DNA of 64,000 nt from Mobula hypostoma (GCF_963921235.1 NC_086108.1:78804001-78868000); one strand, 5' to 3'. Numbered from the stretch's first letter, positions 37,966 through 50,284 are shown. Notes: generated by a model from the letters alone, not told the origin. Numbers and translations are program-made.

Positions 37966-38474
37966 TTTTGAATTAATCCAAGACACACTGGTCCTTCCAC
38001 CAGTCATAACTTGCATATAATAAACTGCACTGTCATAAAACATCACCAAGGATTGTTCACACTGAGGTATATTCAATCAGGCCCAAGCATTTTGAGCAAA
38101 ACAGAAAGTGAAATGTATCAAAAAAGTTAAAGAGTAGGTGAAGAAAGTGATGAAGAACAAGAGAATCATAAGTTGTATTCCAGTGACTTCACAAACCATA
38201 ATTTGCGTCATGGAAATAAAGAATGGATACTCATGTTATGTAAAGCCAGCTAGATGGAGGAAGCCGCAAGATATAAATTCAATAGAAAAAAAAGTCATAT
38301 TATTTAATATATTAAGTTCTGAAGACCTAATGCATTGGTATCAAATAGTCTTCCTTCACTATGATCCATTCATGAATTGTTCCACTTTATAATAGAAAAT
38401 AGAACAAGATCTGAATGTAACAGTGAAAACTGCAGATCAAAGGAAACAGGAAACTTCCCACAAGCTCCCACTAC

Positions 38475-38748
38475 GACCTACAGGAGCCTGAAGACACACA
38501 CTCATTGAGTCAGGAATAGCTCCTTCCCCTCTGCCATTGGATTTCTGAATAGACATTCAACACATGAACGGCACCAACCTCACTCACTCACTACTTTTTT
38601 TTCCTCTTATTGCACTAATTTAACTTTTTAATATATACATGCTTCTTACTGTAATTTATAAATTTTATTGTTATGTGTAGCAATGTACTGCTGCTACTTA
38701 ACCAATTTCATAATATATACACCTGTGATATTAAACCTGATACTGATT
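38475..38748 (+). mobile_element. Rex1-type 3' tail
   Basis: tacaggagcctgaagacacacac..caggaatagctccttcccctctgcc, matching 47635-47820. Confidence 0.8.
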
Positions 38749-38914
38749 ATGTTGAATGCTACATCAACTTCATACTTTCAATCAGTGAACTTAGTGTCTC
38801 AACATCACTGATCTGGTTATTTGATCACTTTTTGGGACCCCGCTGTGAGGAAATTGGCTGTACAGTTACCTCAACAACTGGTACACTTCAAAACTCTTTA
38901 GTGTTTGCAGAGAC

Positions 38915-39785
38915 AGAACATAGAACAGAGAAATTTGAAGCACATTACAGGCTCTTTGGCCTACAATGTTATGCCAACCATGTAACCTACTCAAGAAACT
39001 GCCTAGAATTACCCTACCATGTAAGCTCTCTATTTTTCTAAGCTCCATGTACCTACCTAAGAGGCTCTTAAAAGTCCCTATTGTATCCACCTCTACCACC
39101 GTCACAGGCAGTGCATTCCACGCACTCACCACTCTCTGTGTGGAAAAACTTACCCCAACATCCCCCTTGTAACTATTTCCAAGCACCTTAAAACTATGCC
39201 CCCTCGTGTTAGCCATTTCAGCCCTGGGAAAAAGCCTCTGGCTATCCACATGATCAATGCCTCTCATCATCTTATACACCTCTATCAGATCACCTCTCAT
39301 CCTCCATCGGTCCAAGAAGAAAAGGCTAAGTTCATTCAACCTATTCTCATAAGGCATGCTCTCCAATCCAGGCAACATTCTTGTAAATCTCCTCTGCTCT
39401 CTTTTTATAGTATCCACATCCTTCCTGTAGTGAGGTGACCAGAACTGAAAACAATACTCCAACTGGGGTCTAACTAAGGTCTTATATAGCTGCAATATTA
39501 CCTCACGCTTTTGAACTCAATTCCATGGCTGATGAAGGCCAACACATCGTATGCCTTCTTAACAACACTGTCAAACTGCGCAGCAGCTTTGAGTGTCCGA
39601 TGGACACATATCCCAAGATCTCTCTGATCCTTCACACTGTCAAGAGTCTTACCATTAATATTATGCTCTGTCTTCAAATTTGACCTACCAAATTGAACCA
39701 CTTCACATCTGCCACTTCTCAGTCCAGGTGTGCATCCTATCGATGTCCCGCTGTAACCTCTGACAACCCCCAGACTATCAACAAT
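38915..39785 (-). mobile_element. CR1 3' fragment
   Basis: ORF QLYKTLVRPQLEYCFQFWSP..RGDLIEVYK..RGHSFK. Confidence 0.92.
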
Positions 39786-40690
39786 GCTGTACAGTTTGCT
39801 GATGGCACCTCTGTTGGCCGAATCAAAGATGGTGATAGATTGGCATATAGGATGGAGTTTGTAAATCTGGTTGAATGGTGCTACAATAATGACCTCTTAC
39901 TCAATCTCAGCAAAACTAAAGAGCTGAATATTGATTACAGGAGGAAGAAGCAGTCTTTGTTAGGGGATCGAAAATGGATTATGACAGTGGCTTTAGATTC
40001 CTTGGTGTCGTCATATCAGAAGATCAGTCCTGGGACCAGCACGTTAGTGTCATCAGAAAAAAGGCACAACTGCACCTCTATTCTCTTAGAAGTTTGCAGA
40101 GGTCTGTCACGTCACCGAAAAGTTGACGAACTTCTGTAGATGCACAGAGGAGAGTATCCTAACTGGTTGCATCACAACCTGGTATGGAAATGCCAATGTC
40201 CAGAAACAAAAGTGTGGTGGTATAGCCTAGTCCATCACAGGCAATGCCCTCCCCCACCACTGAGTACATTTACATGGAGTGCAGTCACAAGAAAGCAGCA
40301 TCCAGTATCAAGGACCCCCACCATTCAACCATGCTCTCTTCTCACCACTAACATCGGGCAGGAGGTCCAAAAGCCTTAGGTCCCACACCACCAGGTTCAG
40401 GAACAGTTATGTCCTTGCAACCATCAGGCTCCTTCACTCACCAAAACTCTCAACTGATTCCACAACCTACACACTCACTTTCAAGGATTCTTTACAACTT
40501 ATGTTCTCAGTATTATTTTTTACTTGCAGAGTTTGGCTTCTTCTGCATATTGTTTGTCAGCCTTTACTTATATACAGGTTTTTAATAAATTCTATTGCAT
40601 TTCTTTATTTTCCTGTAAATGCCTGCAAGAAAATGAAACTCAAGGTAGTATAGTACATACTTTGAATATAAATTTCACTTAGGCTTTGAC
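39786..40690 (+). mobile_element. Rex1-type 3' fragment
   Basis: QFADGTSVGRI..LNLSKTKEL and SGRRSKSLRSHTTRFRNSY. Confidence 0.88.
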
Positions 40691-40992
40691 ATAAATATTA
40701 CCTTGTTATTCCTTTAATATCACTGTTTTATGTGGAGTGAAATTTGCTATTTAACAGTAGCAGTAGAGTACAAAGACATAAAATCACTATCAGTTATTAA
40801 AAATAAATAGTGCAAAAAATCTGATTCTGATTTGAAAAAAATAAATATGAGGTGGTGAAAAGTAGCATCACGTGTTCCCACAATAAGACCTGTACTCATG
40901 ACAAATATCTAAATGAAACTTAAATGCTCTCAGCTTATCCTTCCACTCTGCCCCAAAGAGTTCACTAGAGAAATTCCAGGCTTCTGCAAGGT

Positions 40993-41144
40993 AACGCACA
41001 CAAAACGCTGTTGGATCTCAGTAGGTCAGGCAGCATCTATGGAAAAGAACCCTTTCCATAGATGCTGCCTGGCCTGCTAAGTTCCTCCAGCATCTCGTGT
41101 GTGTTACTATGGATTTCCAGTATCTGCAGAGTTTCTCTTGTTTG
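40993..41144. mobile_element. Penelope-derived short hairpin element
   Basis: aggcagcatctatggaaa and tttccatagatgctgcct form a perfect inner stem. One arm is extended by about 35 nt. Confidence 0.8.
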
Positions 41145-41194
41145 CAGTCTTCAACATCTTGATTTTCTGAATACGTCTTTGAATGGATGGAAAT

Positions 41195-41850
41195 CACAGC
41201 AAGAGCTACTTGATTCTTTCTAATCCTTACTTCCAGCATAAGAATGTGTATTGCATTGACCTTAATTAGTTGGGGATTGAATTCAAGAGCCATGAGGCCT
41301 TGTTGCATCTACTGTATACAAAACTTTGGTTAGTCCACATTTGGGATATTATGTTCAGTTCCAATTACCTCTTACAGCAAAGATGTAGTAGTTTTAGAGA
41401 GGGCGCAGAAAAGATTTACCAGGATGCTGTCTGATTTGGAGTGCATGTATTATGAGGTTAGGTTGAGCAAGCCAGGCCTTCTCTTTTGAGTAAAGGAGGA
41501 TGGGAGGTGACTTGATATGGGTGTACAAGATGATAAAAGGCATAGATACAGTGGACAGCAAGAGACCTTTTCCCCAGGGCGGAATGGCATAATTTTAAAG
41601 TGATTGGAGGAAAGTATAGGGAAGATGTCAGAGGAAAGTTCTGTTTACACAGAGAGTGGTGGCTGCATGGAACACGCTGCCGGGGCGGTGGAAGTGGCAG
41701 ACAGGTTAGAGACTTTTAAGACGCTTAGAATGGTGGCCAACAGATGAAAGAAAAATGTAGAGCTATGTGGGAGGAAGGATTGATCTTAGAATAGGTCAAA
41801 AAGTTGGCACAACATTGCCGACTGAATGTCTATGTTGAGCTGTACTGTCC
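41195..41850 (+). mobile_element. CR1 3' fragment
   Basis: Similar to the reverse complement of 38920-39560. Confidence 0.85.
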
Positions 41851-41861
41851 TAAAAATTAGG

Positions 41862-42260
41862 GACAAGAAAATGCAAATACTGGAGGTTGAAGCAAATAAT
41901 AAATTCAGTGGATCAGACAGCATATGTGTATGCAAGGAGACGGTCCAAATTTCAGGTCAACTCCCTGTACAAGGACTGAGAGTGTAGAGGAATGAAAGCT
42001 GGTATAGAGAAGCGAGGACATGAGGTGAGACAGAGGCTGCTAAGTGTTAGGTTAGACTCGGGGGAGGGGGCGTCAGGGCTGCTTGCAAGTGAGGGAGGGG
42101 GAGAGTGGAACAGGTAATAGGTGGATACACAAGTCGAAAAAGGCAGATGGAGTCAGGCTGGGGAGGAGAGGGAACAGGAAGGGCTCTTCTGATTTTCATT
42201 TGGTGTCACCATGTCTGTGAAGAATGCTGAGAATAGACATGTTGGGATGGGAAGTTGAAA
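41862..42260 (-). mobile_element. Old Penelope-like remnant
   Basis: Degenerate terminal motif and purine tract similar to 8850-9240. Confidence 0.5.
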
Positions 42261-42356
42261 TGAATGTGCAGTTTTTTTTATGAATTAGATTGACAAAGTG
42301 GTGGAAAATGAAATTACCAGTCGCACAGAATGAATTAGTAACATCAAGGAACTCAC

Positions 42357-43020
42357 GCGAAGTTTCATTGACAAGTTAAATATATTTTTCCCAGCTCTTG
42401 ATTCGTCTTCCACTAAGAGGTGATATTTTATTCTCCTTCAGCTCCACGTAAGCCCCGAGTAGATCTGTGCCAGCTCCTGTGTCTGCAGCCAGCTGATAAC
42501 ACAGGCAACTATGCTGCACAGCTCAAGACATATCACGTACTTGAAATAATACTGAAAAATTCTCAGTATGATGGAGTCATACTGGAAGAAAATTAAGTTA
42601 TAAAATGCATTAAGTTCTTTTGTAAAACCTTTACAGAAAGCAAGTAAAAAAAGAATTGAGTTCTGAACCATAGGTTTTAAGAGGGTCTCCTACATAGCCA
42701 GGTTTTCCAAAGAGCATGCCATGACATTTTATTTGCAGAGAGTATCTGTGAAAACAGCTTTTGGCAGAGTTGTCGGCATCTGAACAGGAGCAGCAGGTCA
42801 ATGAGAAGACACAAGGAGGCTCAGAGAGTCAGTAATGTGGATTGGGATGTTACAGTCACCATGCCGAGTCTGCAGCGTTGGCAAGTCAGCAGTGTTAATT
42901 AACCTGGTTGGACGGGAGGAGAACAGTTGCCGAATACGGGCAAGGCAATGAGCAGGTGTTTGAGGCTCAGTGGGGCAGCTCAAGGAGCAGGTGTGCACTG
43001 GCAAATGCTATCTGGAGCTA
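42357..43020 (-). promoter_or_regulatory. Candidate promoter plus alternative first exon of a host gene
   Basis: Repeat-free block, richer in GC than its flanks. Several E-boxes (CAGGTG x2, CAGTTG, CATCTG, CAGCTG) and TTAATTAA. Ends ATG AAA CTT CGC|GTGAGT with a consensus donor at 42356. Confidence 0.45.
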
Positions 43021-43696
43021 AAGTTTAATTAGATGTATTAGATCTTGCTAGGTGTTCATGGCTGGTTTACCTTCAACAGGAGTCCTTGATTTTTAGTAGA
43101 TTTGCATATGCTAACCCAATAAAGACATTTATGTAGTGCTAAGGATTCCTGTGAATCTAAGTGTCAGGTTAAGATCAGTCATAACACTCTCCACACACAA
43201 AATCGGAAGCTTAGTCTGCAAGTCCTACTCCTAGTTGACACTTATGCAGTACAGCTCTGAAGGAGTGTCAAAAGTTATCTCTCCGTCAGGATGCGATCCG
43301 AGTATTTGTGCAGATGCGAATATCCTGCGCCAATAAACAAGAAACAGCTGCACACTTCCAGGTAATTGGGAAGGTTACACTGGTATTTCTGGGACCTTCC
43401 TTACTTCAAACTTGGCGTAGTCCTTACCTTCATGACAAAAGAAAGGCACTCTAAGTTCAGATAGAAATTCATCGACCCAAAACATCAACTACTAACCCAC
43501 CACCACTACTTTATCATCTCCTGTCAGTCACTCTATATACAGACGCTCCTGTACCTAGCATCATTTTATGGACGTGTAATCAATCTAGGAATATAAGCTA
43601 TCTTATGTATTTATATTTAATGTGTTTTTTTTATTATTATTGTGCTCTTTATCTTATTTTGTTATTTTGTGCTGCATCCGATCTGGAGTAACAATC

Positions 43697-44246
43697 AACA
43701 CACATCAAAGTTGCTGGTGAACGCAGCAAGCCAGGCAGCATCTCTAGGAAGAGGTACAGTCCACATTTCAGGCCAAGACCCTTCGTCAGGACTAACTGAA
43801 GGAAGAGTTAGGAAGAGATTTGAAAGTGGGAGGGGGAGGGGGAGATCCAAAATGATAGGAGAAGACAGGAGGGGGAGGGATGGAGCCAAGAGCTGGACAG
43901 GTGATTGGCAAAGGGGATATGAGAGGATCATGGGACAGTAGGCCCAGGGAGAAGGAAAAGGGCGGCAGGGGGGAACCCAGAGGATGGGCAAGGGGTATAG
44001 TCAGAGGGACAGAGGGAGAAAAAGGACAGCGAGAGAAAGAATATGTCCATAAAAATAAATAGCGGATGGGGTACGAGGGGGAGGTGGGGCATTAGCAGAA
44101 GTTAGAGAAGTCAATGTTCATGCCATCAGGTTGAAGGCTGCCCAGACGGAATATAAGGTGTTGTTCCTCCAGCCTGAGTGTGGCTTCATCTTTACAGTAG
44201 AGGCCGTGGATAGACATGTCAGAATGGGAATGGGATGTGGAATTAA
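43697..44246 (-). mobile_element. Penelope-like element 3' part with hammerhead motif
   Basis: Same family as 23246 and 61401. Includes the end of the GIY-YIG region. Motif agtc-ctgacga-agggtcttggcct-gaaa at about 43758-43794. Confidence 0.88.
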
Positions 44247-44372
44247 AAAATCATTTTGTTCATCTTTACACTTGTGTACTGGAAATTACATTAAAACAAT
44301 CCCGAATCTTGAAAATGGTAAACTTAAAAAAACTTGGGATTGCACTGAATTCTTCTTTCTCCAATGCTAATA

Positions 44373-44730
44373 TATACTCCTGTACCTATTAAAGTGTCTA
44401 CTGAGTGGATGTTCGTGCTCTTCTGCTGCTGTAGCCCATCCTCTTCAAGGTTGACATATGTGGTCAGAGCTATTCTTTTGTACAGTGCCGTAACATACTA
44501 TCGCCTTCTTGTCACCTTGAACCAGTCTGACCATTCTCCTCTGATCTCTCTCATAAACAGGACCTGTTCACCCACTGAACTGCCACTCACTGGATTTTTT
44601 TTTGTTTTTCGCACCATTCTCTATAAAGTGTGGAGTCTGTTGTAGGTGCAAATCCAAGGAGATGAGCAGATTCTGAGATACTCAAACCACTCCGTCTAGC
44701 ACCAACAATCATTCCACAGCCAAAGTCACA
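44373..44730 (-). mobile_element. Tc1-like deletion derivative
   Basis: Similar to 19287-19570 (cttctgctgctgtagcccatc..gcttgaaccagtctg-like). Confidence 0.75.
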
Positions 44731-44814
44731 AACATCAAGAGGCCACTGGGTGTATCACAGATAAATCTATTGCCAAAACTTTATCTGTGTTGGTTTTGAG
44801 ACAGTGTTGAGACT

Positions 44815-46820
44815 CCTTGAAGATGTCCTGTAGGCTAGTACCCAAGATGGAGCCCATTAAATTTACAAACTTCTGCAGCTTCTTTCAGTCCTGTGCAGCA
44901 GCCGCCCCCCCCGCCACCATACCAGTGATGCAGCCTGTCAGAATGCCTCCACTGCACATCGATAGAAGTTTTTGAGTGTATTTGTTGACATTCCAAATCC
45001 CTTCAAACTTCTAATGAAGTATAGCCGCTGTCTTGCCTTCTTTATAACTACATCGATATGTTGGGACCAGTTATCCCTCCATGAGGATGGGTATGTGTTC
45101 CTTCTTCCTACCTTTCATGAAGTCCACAATCAGTTATTTTGTCTTAGTGCCAGGTTGTTGCTGCAACACCACTCCACCAGTTGGCATATCTCACTCCTGT
45201 ACACCTTCTCATCACCACCTGAGATTCTACCAACAATGGTTGTATTGTCAACAAATTTATAGATGATATTTGCGCTACACAGTCATAGGTATAGAGAGAG
45301 TAGAGCAGTGGGCTAAGCACACACCCCTGAAATGCACCAGTGTTGTTCGTCAGCGAGAGGGAGATGTTATCACCAATCCGCACAGATTGTGGTCTTCTGG
45401 TTAGGAAGTCGAGGATCCAATTGTAGAGGGAGGTACAAAGGCCCAGGTTCTGCAACTTCTCAATTAGGTTTTTGGGAATGATGGCATTAAATGCTGAGCT
45501 ATAGTTGATGAACAGCATCCTAATGCAGGTGCTTGTGTTATCCAGGTGTGACAGAGCCATTGAGATTGCATCTGCCATTGACCTATTATGGCGATAGGCA
45601 AATTGCACTGGGTCCAGGTTTTTGCTGAGGCAAAAGTCATTCTAGTCATGACCAACCTCTCAAAGCATTTCATCACTATAGATGTGAGTGCTACTGAGCG
45701 ATAGTCATTAAGGTAGCCAACATTATTCTTCTTAGGCACTGGTATAATTGTTGCCTTTTTGAAGCAAGTGGGAACTTCTGTCTGTAGCACTGAAAGGTTG
45801 AAAAAGTCCTTGAATACACCCGCCAGTTGGTTGGTACAGGTTTTCAGAGCCCTACCAGGTACTCCATCAGGACCTTCCGCTTTGCGAAGGTCCACTCTCT
45901 TTAAAGACAGCCTAACATCGGCCTCTGATACAGATCACAAGGTCATCAGGTGCAGCAGGGATCTTCACAGCTGTAGTTATATTCTCCCTTTCAAAGCGTG
46001 CATAGAAGGCATTGAGTTCATCTGGTAATGAAGCATCGCTGCCATTCATGCTATTGGGTTTTGCTTTGTAGGAAGTAATGTCTTGCAAACCCTGCCAGGA
46101 TGTCGTACATCCAATGTCGTCTCCAACCTTGTTCAAAATTGTCTCTTCGCCCTTGAAATAGCCCTCCGCAAATCATACCTGGTTTTCTGGTACAGGCCTG
46201 GGTCGCCATACTTAAATGCCGCAGATCTAGCCTTTAGCAGACGATGTACCTCCTGGTTCATCCACGGCTTTTGGTTTGGGGATGTACAGTAAGTCTTTGT
46301 AGACAGACACGCATCCACACAGGTTTTGATGAATTTGGTAGCAAATGCAACATACTCATCCAGGTTCGAAGATGAATCCCTGAATACAGTCCAATCCATC
46401 AATTCAAGGCAAACCTGTAGGCGCTCCTGTGCTTCCCTTGTCCATACCTTCTTGGTCTTCACTGCTGGTGCTGCAGTCTTCAGTCTCTTCCTATAGTCGT
46501 TCCTATACTCGGGGAGTAGAAGTACAGCCATGAGATCAGACTTCCCGAAATGAGGACGTGGAATAGCATGGCAGGCATTCTTGATGGTGGTATAACAATG
46601 GTCCAGTGTGTTGTTTCCTCTAATATTGCAAGTGATCTGTTGATGGGAATTGCTTAGTGATTTTTTCAGATTAGCCTGGTTAAAATCTCTCAAAACAATA
46701 GTGAAGATGTTGGGATGCGCTGTTTTGTGCACGTTGATTCCATTGCTCAGATTATCAAAAGATTGATTGACATTGGCCTGAGGTGGAATGTATACTGCCT
46801 CCAAAACGACCCCAGAGAAC
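44815..46820 (-). mobile_element. Rex1/Babar LINE (APE endonuclease C-terminal part plus RT)
   Basis: [61 protein letters not shown]. Confidence 0.93.
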
Positions 46821-47822
46821 TCCCTGATCAATAAGCTACAGAACCTGTGCCTCTGCCCCTCCCTCAGCAACTGGATCCTCAACTTACTAACCAGAAGACC
46901 ACAATCTGTGCAGATTGGTAGTAATATATCCTCCTTGCTGATGATCAACATTGGCGCACCTAAGGGGTTGTGTGCTTAGCCCACTGCTGTACTGCCTCTG
47001 TACTCATGACTGTGTGGTAAGGTACAGCTCAAATTCCATCTATAAATTTGCTGATGATACAACCATTGTTGGTAGAATCTCAGATGCAGACAAGAGGGCG
47101 TACAGGAGTGAAATATACCAGCTAGTTGAGTGGGGTCGCAGCAACAACCTGGCACTCATCGTCAGTAAGACCAAAGAGCTGATTGTGGACTTCAGGAATG
47201 ATTAGACGAGTGAACATGAACCAATCCTCATAGAGGGATCAGAATTGGGAGAGAGTGAGCAATTTCAAGTTCCTGGGTGTCAAGATCTCTGAGGATCTAA
47301 CCTGGTCGCAACATACTGATGCAGCTATACAGAAGGCAAGACAGCGGCTTTATCTGATTAGGAGTTTAAATAGATTTGGTTTGTCAACTAAATCACTCAA
47401 AAACTTCTATAGACGTACTGTGGAGAGCATTCTGACAGGCTGCATCACTGTCTGGAAAGGCTACTGCACAGGACCGAAAGAACCTAGAGAAAGTCGTGAA
47501 ATTATTCAGCTCCATCTTGGGTACTAGCCTCAGTAGTATCCAAGACATCTTCAAACAATGGTGCCACGGAAAGACAACTTCCATTACCAGGGACCCAGGA
47601 CATACCCCTTCTCACTGTCACTGTCAGGAAGGAGGTACAGAAGCCTGAAAGCACACACTCAGTGATTCAGGAACAGCTTCTTCACCTCTGCCATATGATT
47701 CCCAAATGGACATTGACCCCATGAACACTACCTCACTTGTTTTTAATACTACTGAGGATAGTACTGCACTGCTCCTGTTAAGTTAACAAATTTGACAAGA
47801 TATAATAAACTTGATTCTGATT
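46821..47822 (+). mobile_element. Rex1/Babar LINE 3' part (RT plus 3' UTR)
   Basis: [27 protein letters not shown] and FKFLGV..KARQRLY. Confidence 0.92.
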
Positions 47823-48089
47823 GTTTCTAATAGCAATGTCAATCATTAGGGGTAAGCTCAGCTCCCTTGGCTCATTGCACTGAAACAGCTGACACGGTCA
47901 TGTGGCCAAGAACAGGGAGGGTGAAGAAGCATTGAAGACAATGCTATCCTTTCACCCAAAGCTCTTCCTCAAATCCTGAAGGCTCCTCTGATTACAAATT
48001 GAAGCTGTTGTCGACATATGCCGATATGCCTTTTGAAATACCACCCGCTCACCTAAATCCCAAATCTTCCTTTTTGCCTGGAGAAGCAA

Positions 48090-48385
48090 AAGTTTCAAAG
48101 GTTCATTTATTATTAGGGTATACAACTTGAAATTGTTCTTCTCCAGGAAGCCATGAAACCAAGAAAGAAAGGAAAGGCAGCATGATCATCAACCCCCAAA
48201 TTACCCCTCTTCCCTCACAAAAAAAACGAACAAAAACAGAACGGGTACATCAACCCCCAAATCCTTCCCACACAAAAAAAAATGAAAGAGAACAGGGCGA
48301 TCACACCTCCCCCCAAATCCCTCCTCCCACACAAAAAACGAACTAAATATAACAGGAACATCAACCCCAAATCCCGCCTCCCACA
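48090..48385 (-). repeat. Retroelement 3' tail containing four ~55-65-bp tandem units
   Basis: Repeats of catcaacccccaaat..cccacacaaaaaa at about 48187, 48248, 48300 and 48359. Confidence 0.75.
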
Positions 48386-48527
48386 GGTTTCACGATCTAT
48401 CCAGGTGATGTAAACCCAAGGAGCGTTTACAAGCACCATACTGAAATCTGCAGCAAAGAACAATCTGCTGGAAGAGCAGCATCTGTGGCTTGGGGACATG
48501 TGGGGGGGGGGGGAGAAAGAGTGGTGG

Positions 48528-49382
48528 TGCTACCTCCCTGAAATGAGTTTTTGCAGAGTGGGACGTCCGTGTCTTTTACAGTCATTTAACCCACTATGGA
48601 CAATAGAAAAGTCACTGTTGGGGCCAGCTGGTGGCACAATGACACCAGCGCTGGACCCGGGAGCGGAGGTTCCTGGGTCCGAAACCAGTCGGGTCCGCTC
48701 CTGAGTACGCTTTCCATCCGTGCCGGGTTGAGTATCGAGATCGCAACTCAACCTCATAAAATAAAAAAGGGAAAAATACTGTGAAAATGTCTGTGTGAGG
48801 AGTGACGTGTCAAACAGTCTCTCTCTCGCTCCGCGCCTTGTAAAAGCCAGGAAAAAGGCATCATCGCAGGCGCATGCACGCACACGCAGACGCACAGACA
48901 CACACACACAGACACAGACACACAGACTCACACGCACGCAGGCACACTCAAAAACAAAAGGAAAGGAAAGTCACTGTTGCAAACAGTGCAGCGAGCAACA
49001 CTGTCATTATTTTTGACCCCTATTAGGCAGGGGTACACTTTAGTGTAGTCAGGGGTGAAGTATGTTTTATATTTTCTTTTTTTGTAACACTCTGCCATGG
49101 CGCTGCAGGATACTAAACTGAACTGATGGATAATAAAAGAGAGAGAGGTCGACTGTAAAGCCCGCCCACAGAGAAAACTGATAGATCTACTTAGCACAAA
49201 GAGAGACCAATCAGGATGCTCTCTCTGTCACTCTCTCACTGGGTCTCTCTCTCCCTCCCTCCCTCGTTTGCTCTCAAAAAAAAATCGATTCCTGGGATAT
49301 TGTATATAATTTGCGGGCATCAGGGAGCCGCTATCAATATGCGGGGAGACTCCTGGAACTTCCAGAAGCGGTAGGTTATCTG
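48528..49382 (-). mobile_element. Second, rearranged copy of the 6-bp-TSD hAT-like element
   Basis: Left end on the minus strand at 49382. ORF MAECYKKRKYKTYFTPDYTKVYPCLIGVKNNDSVARCTVCNSDF. A right-end segment at 48528-48569 lies in plus orientation. Confidence 0.85.
48621..48966 (+). mobile_element. tRNA-derived SINE with CA-rich region and A-rich tail
   Basis: A-box tggtggcacaatg, B-box gggtccgaaacc. 13-bp TSD aaagtcactgttg at 48608-48620 and 48967-48979. Confidence 0.85.
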
Positions 49383-49874
49383 CAAATGTAAGAGATTGTA
49401 AGAATTGTAAGGATGAAGTTTAAAGAGAAACACGGAAAGCAAACAGGTACGGGAAAACCAAGAAAAATCAAAGCAAATACTTGGATATTCCACAGTACGT
49501 AAAGGGCAAGAGGTTATTCAAGAAAAGAGCTAGGCTGTTTAGGGACCAAATGCTTGGTGGTATAGTTGCAATATTGCTCCAAATGAATACTTCAAACCTG
49601 TGTTCATCAGAAAGAGAAGAATGCCAATGTCTCAATTTTTTAAAAGTTGCGTGTAGAATATTGAATAGGATAAACTTCCAATAAGCTGTAGTTTTAAATG
49701 CTAGCATCCTTGAATGTAGATTATAGCCCTGGCTGTTAAAAAAAAGCAAGGGAGGAAGCTGCAGAGGCTCATTATATTCTCTTTCTGGCTGTAGTACTGC
49801 TAACAGATCACAGTAGCTGCTAACATTGTACTGTTTTTAAAAAAGAATAAATCAATAATCACCAGTCAAGAAGT

Positions 49875-50284
49875 TTTCTCATGCTGCCATCAGGAAGTTG
49901 ATACAGGAGCCTCAGGACTCACACCATCAGGTTCAGGAATAGTTATTATCGTCAACCCTCAAGTGCTTGAACTAAAAGAGATACCTTCACTCAGCTTCAC
50001 TTGAAATGTTTCCACAACCTATGGACTCACTTTCAAGGACTCTTCATCTCATGCTCTCGATATTTATTGCTTATTTTTTTATTATTATTTGTTTCTTTTT
50101 GTAATTGCACAGTTTTCTGTCTTTGGCACACTGGTTGAATGCACAAATTGATGCGGTCTTTCAGTGATTCTATTATGGTTATTATTCCATCATGGATTTA
50201 CTGAGTATGCCTGCAAGAAAATGAATCTCAGGGTTGTATATGGTGACAAATATGTACTTTGATAATAAATATACTTTGAACTTT
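49875..50284 (+). mobile_element. Rex1-type 3' tail
   Basis: Reverse complement of the family at 2128-2520. Confidence 0.8.

Noticed and set aside
42357..42671. Selenocysteine or readthrough ORF (TGA at 42438 in frame with the downstream MKLR)
   Set aside because: No recognisable selenoprotein motif or SECIS element. An upstream ORF or chance is simpler.
46133..46951. 272-aa ORF as a real protein
   Set aside because: Crosses the junction of two opposed Rex1 copies. Its N-terminus is antisense RT sequence.
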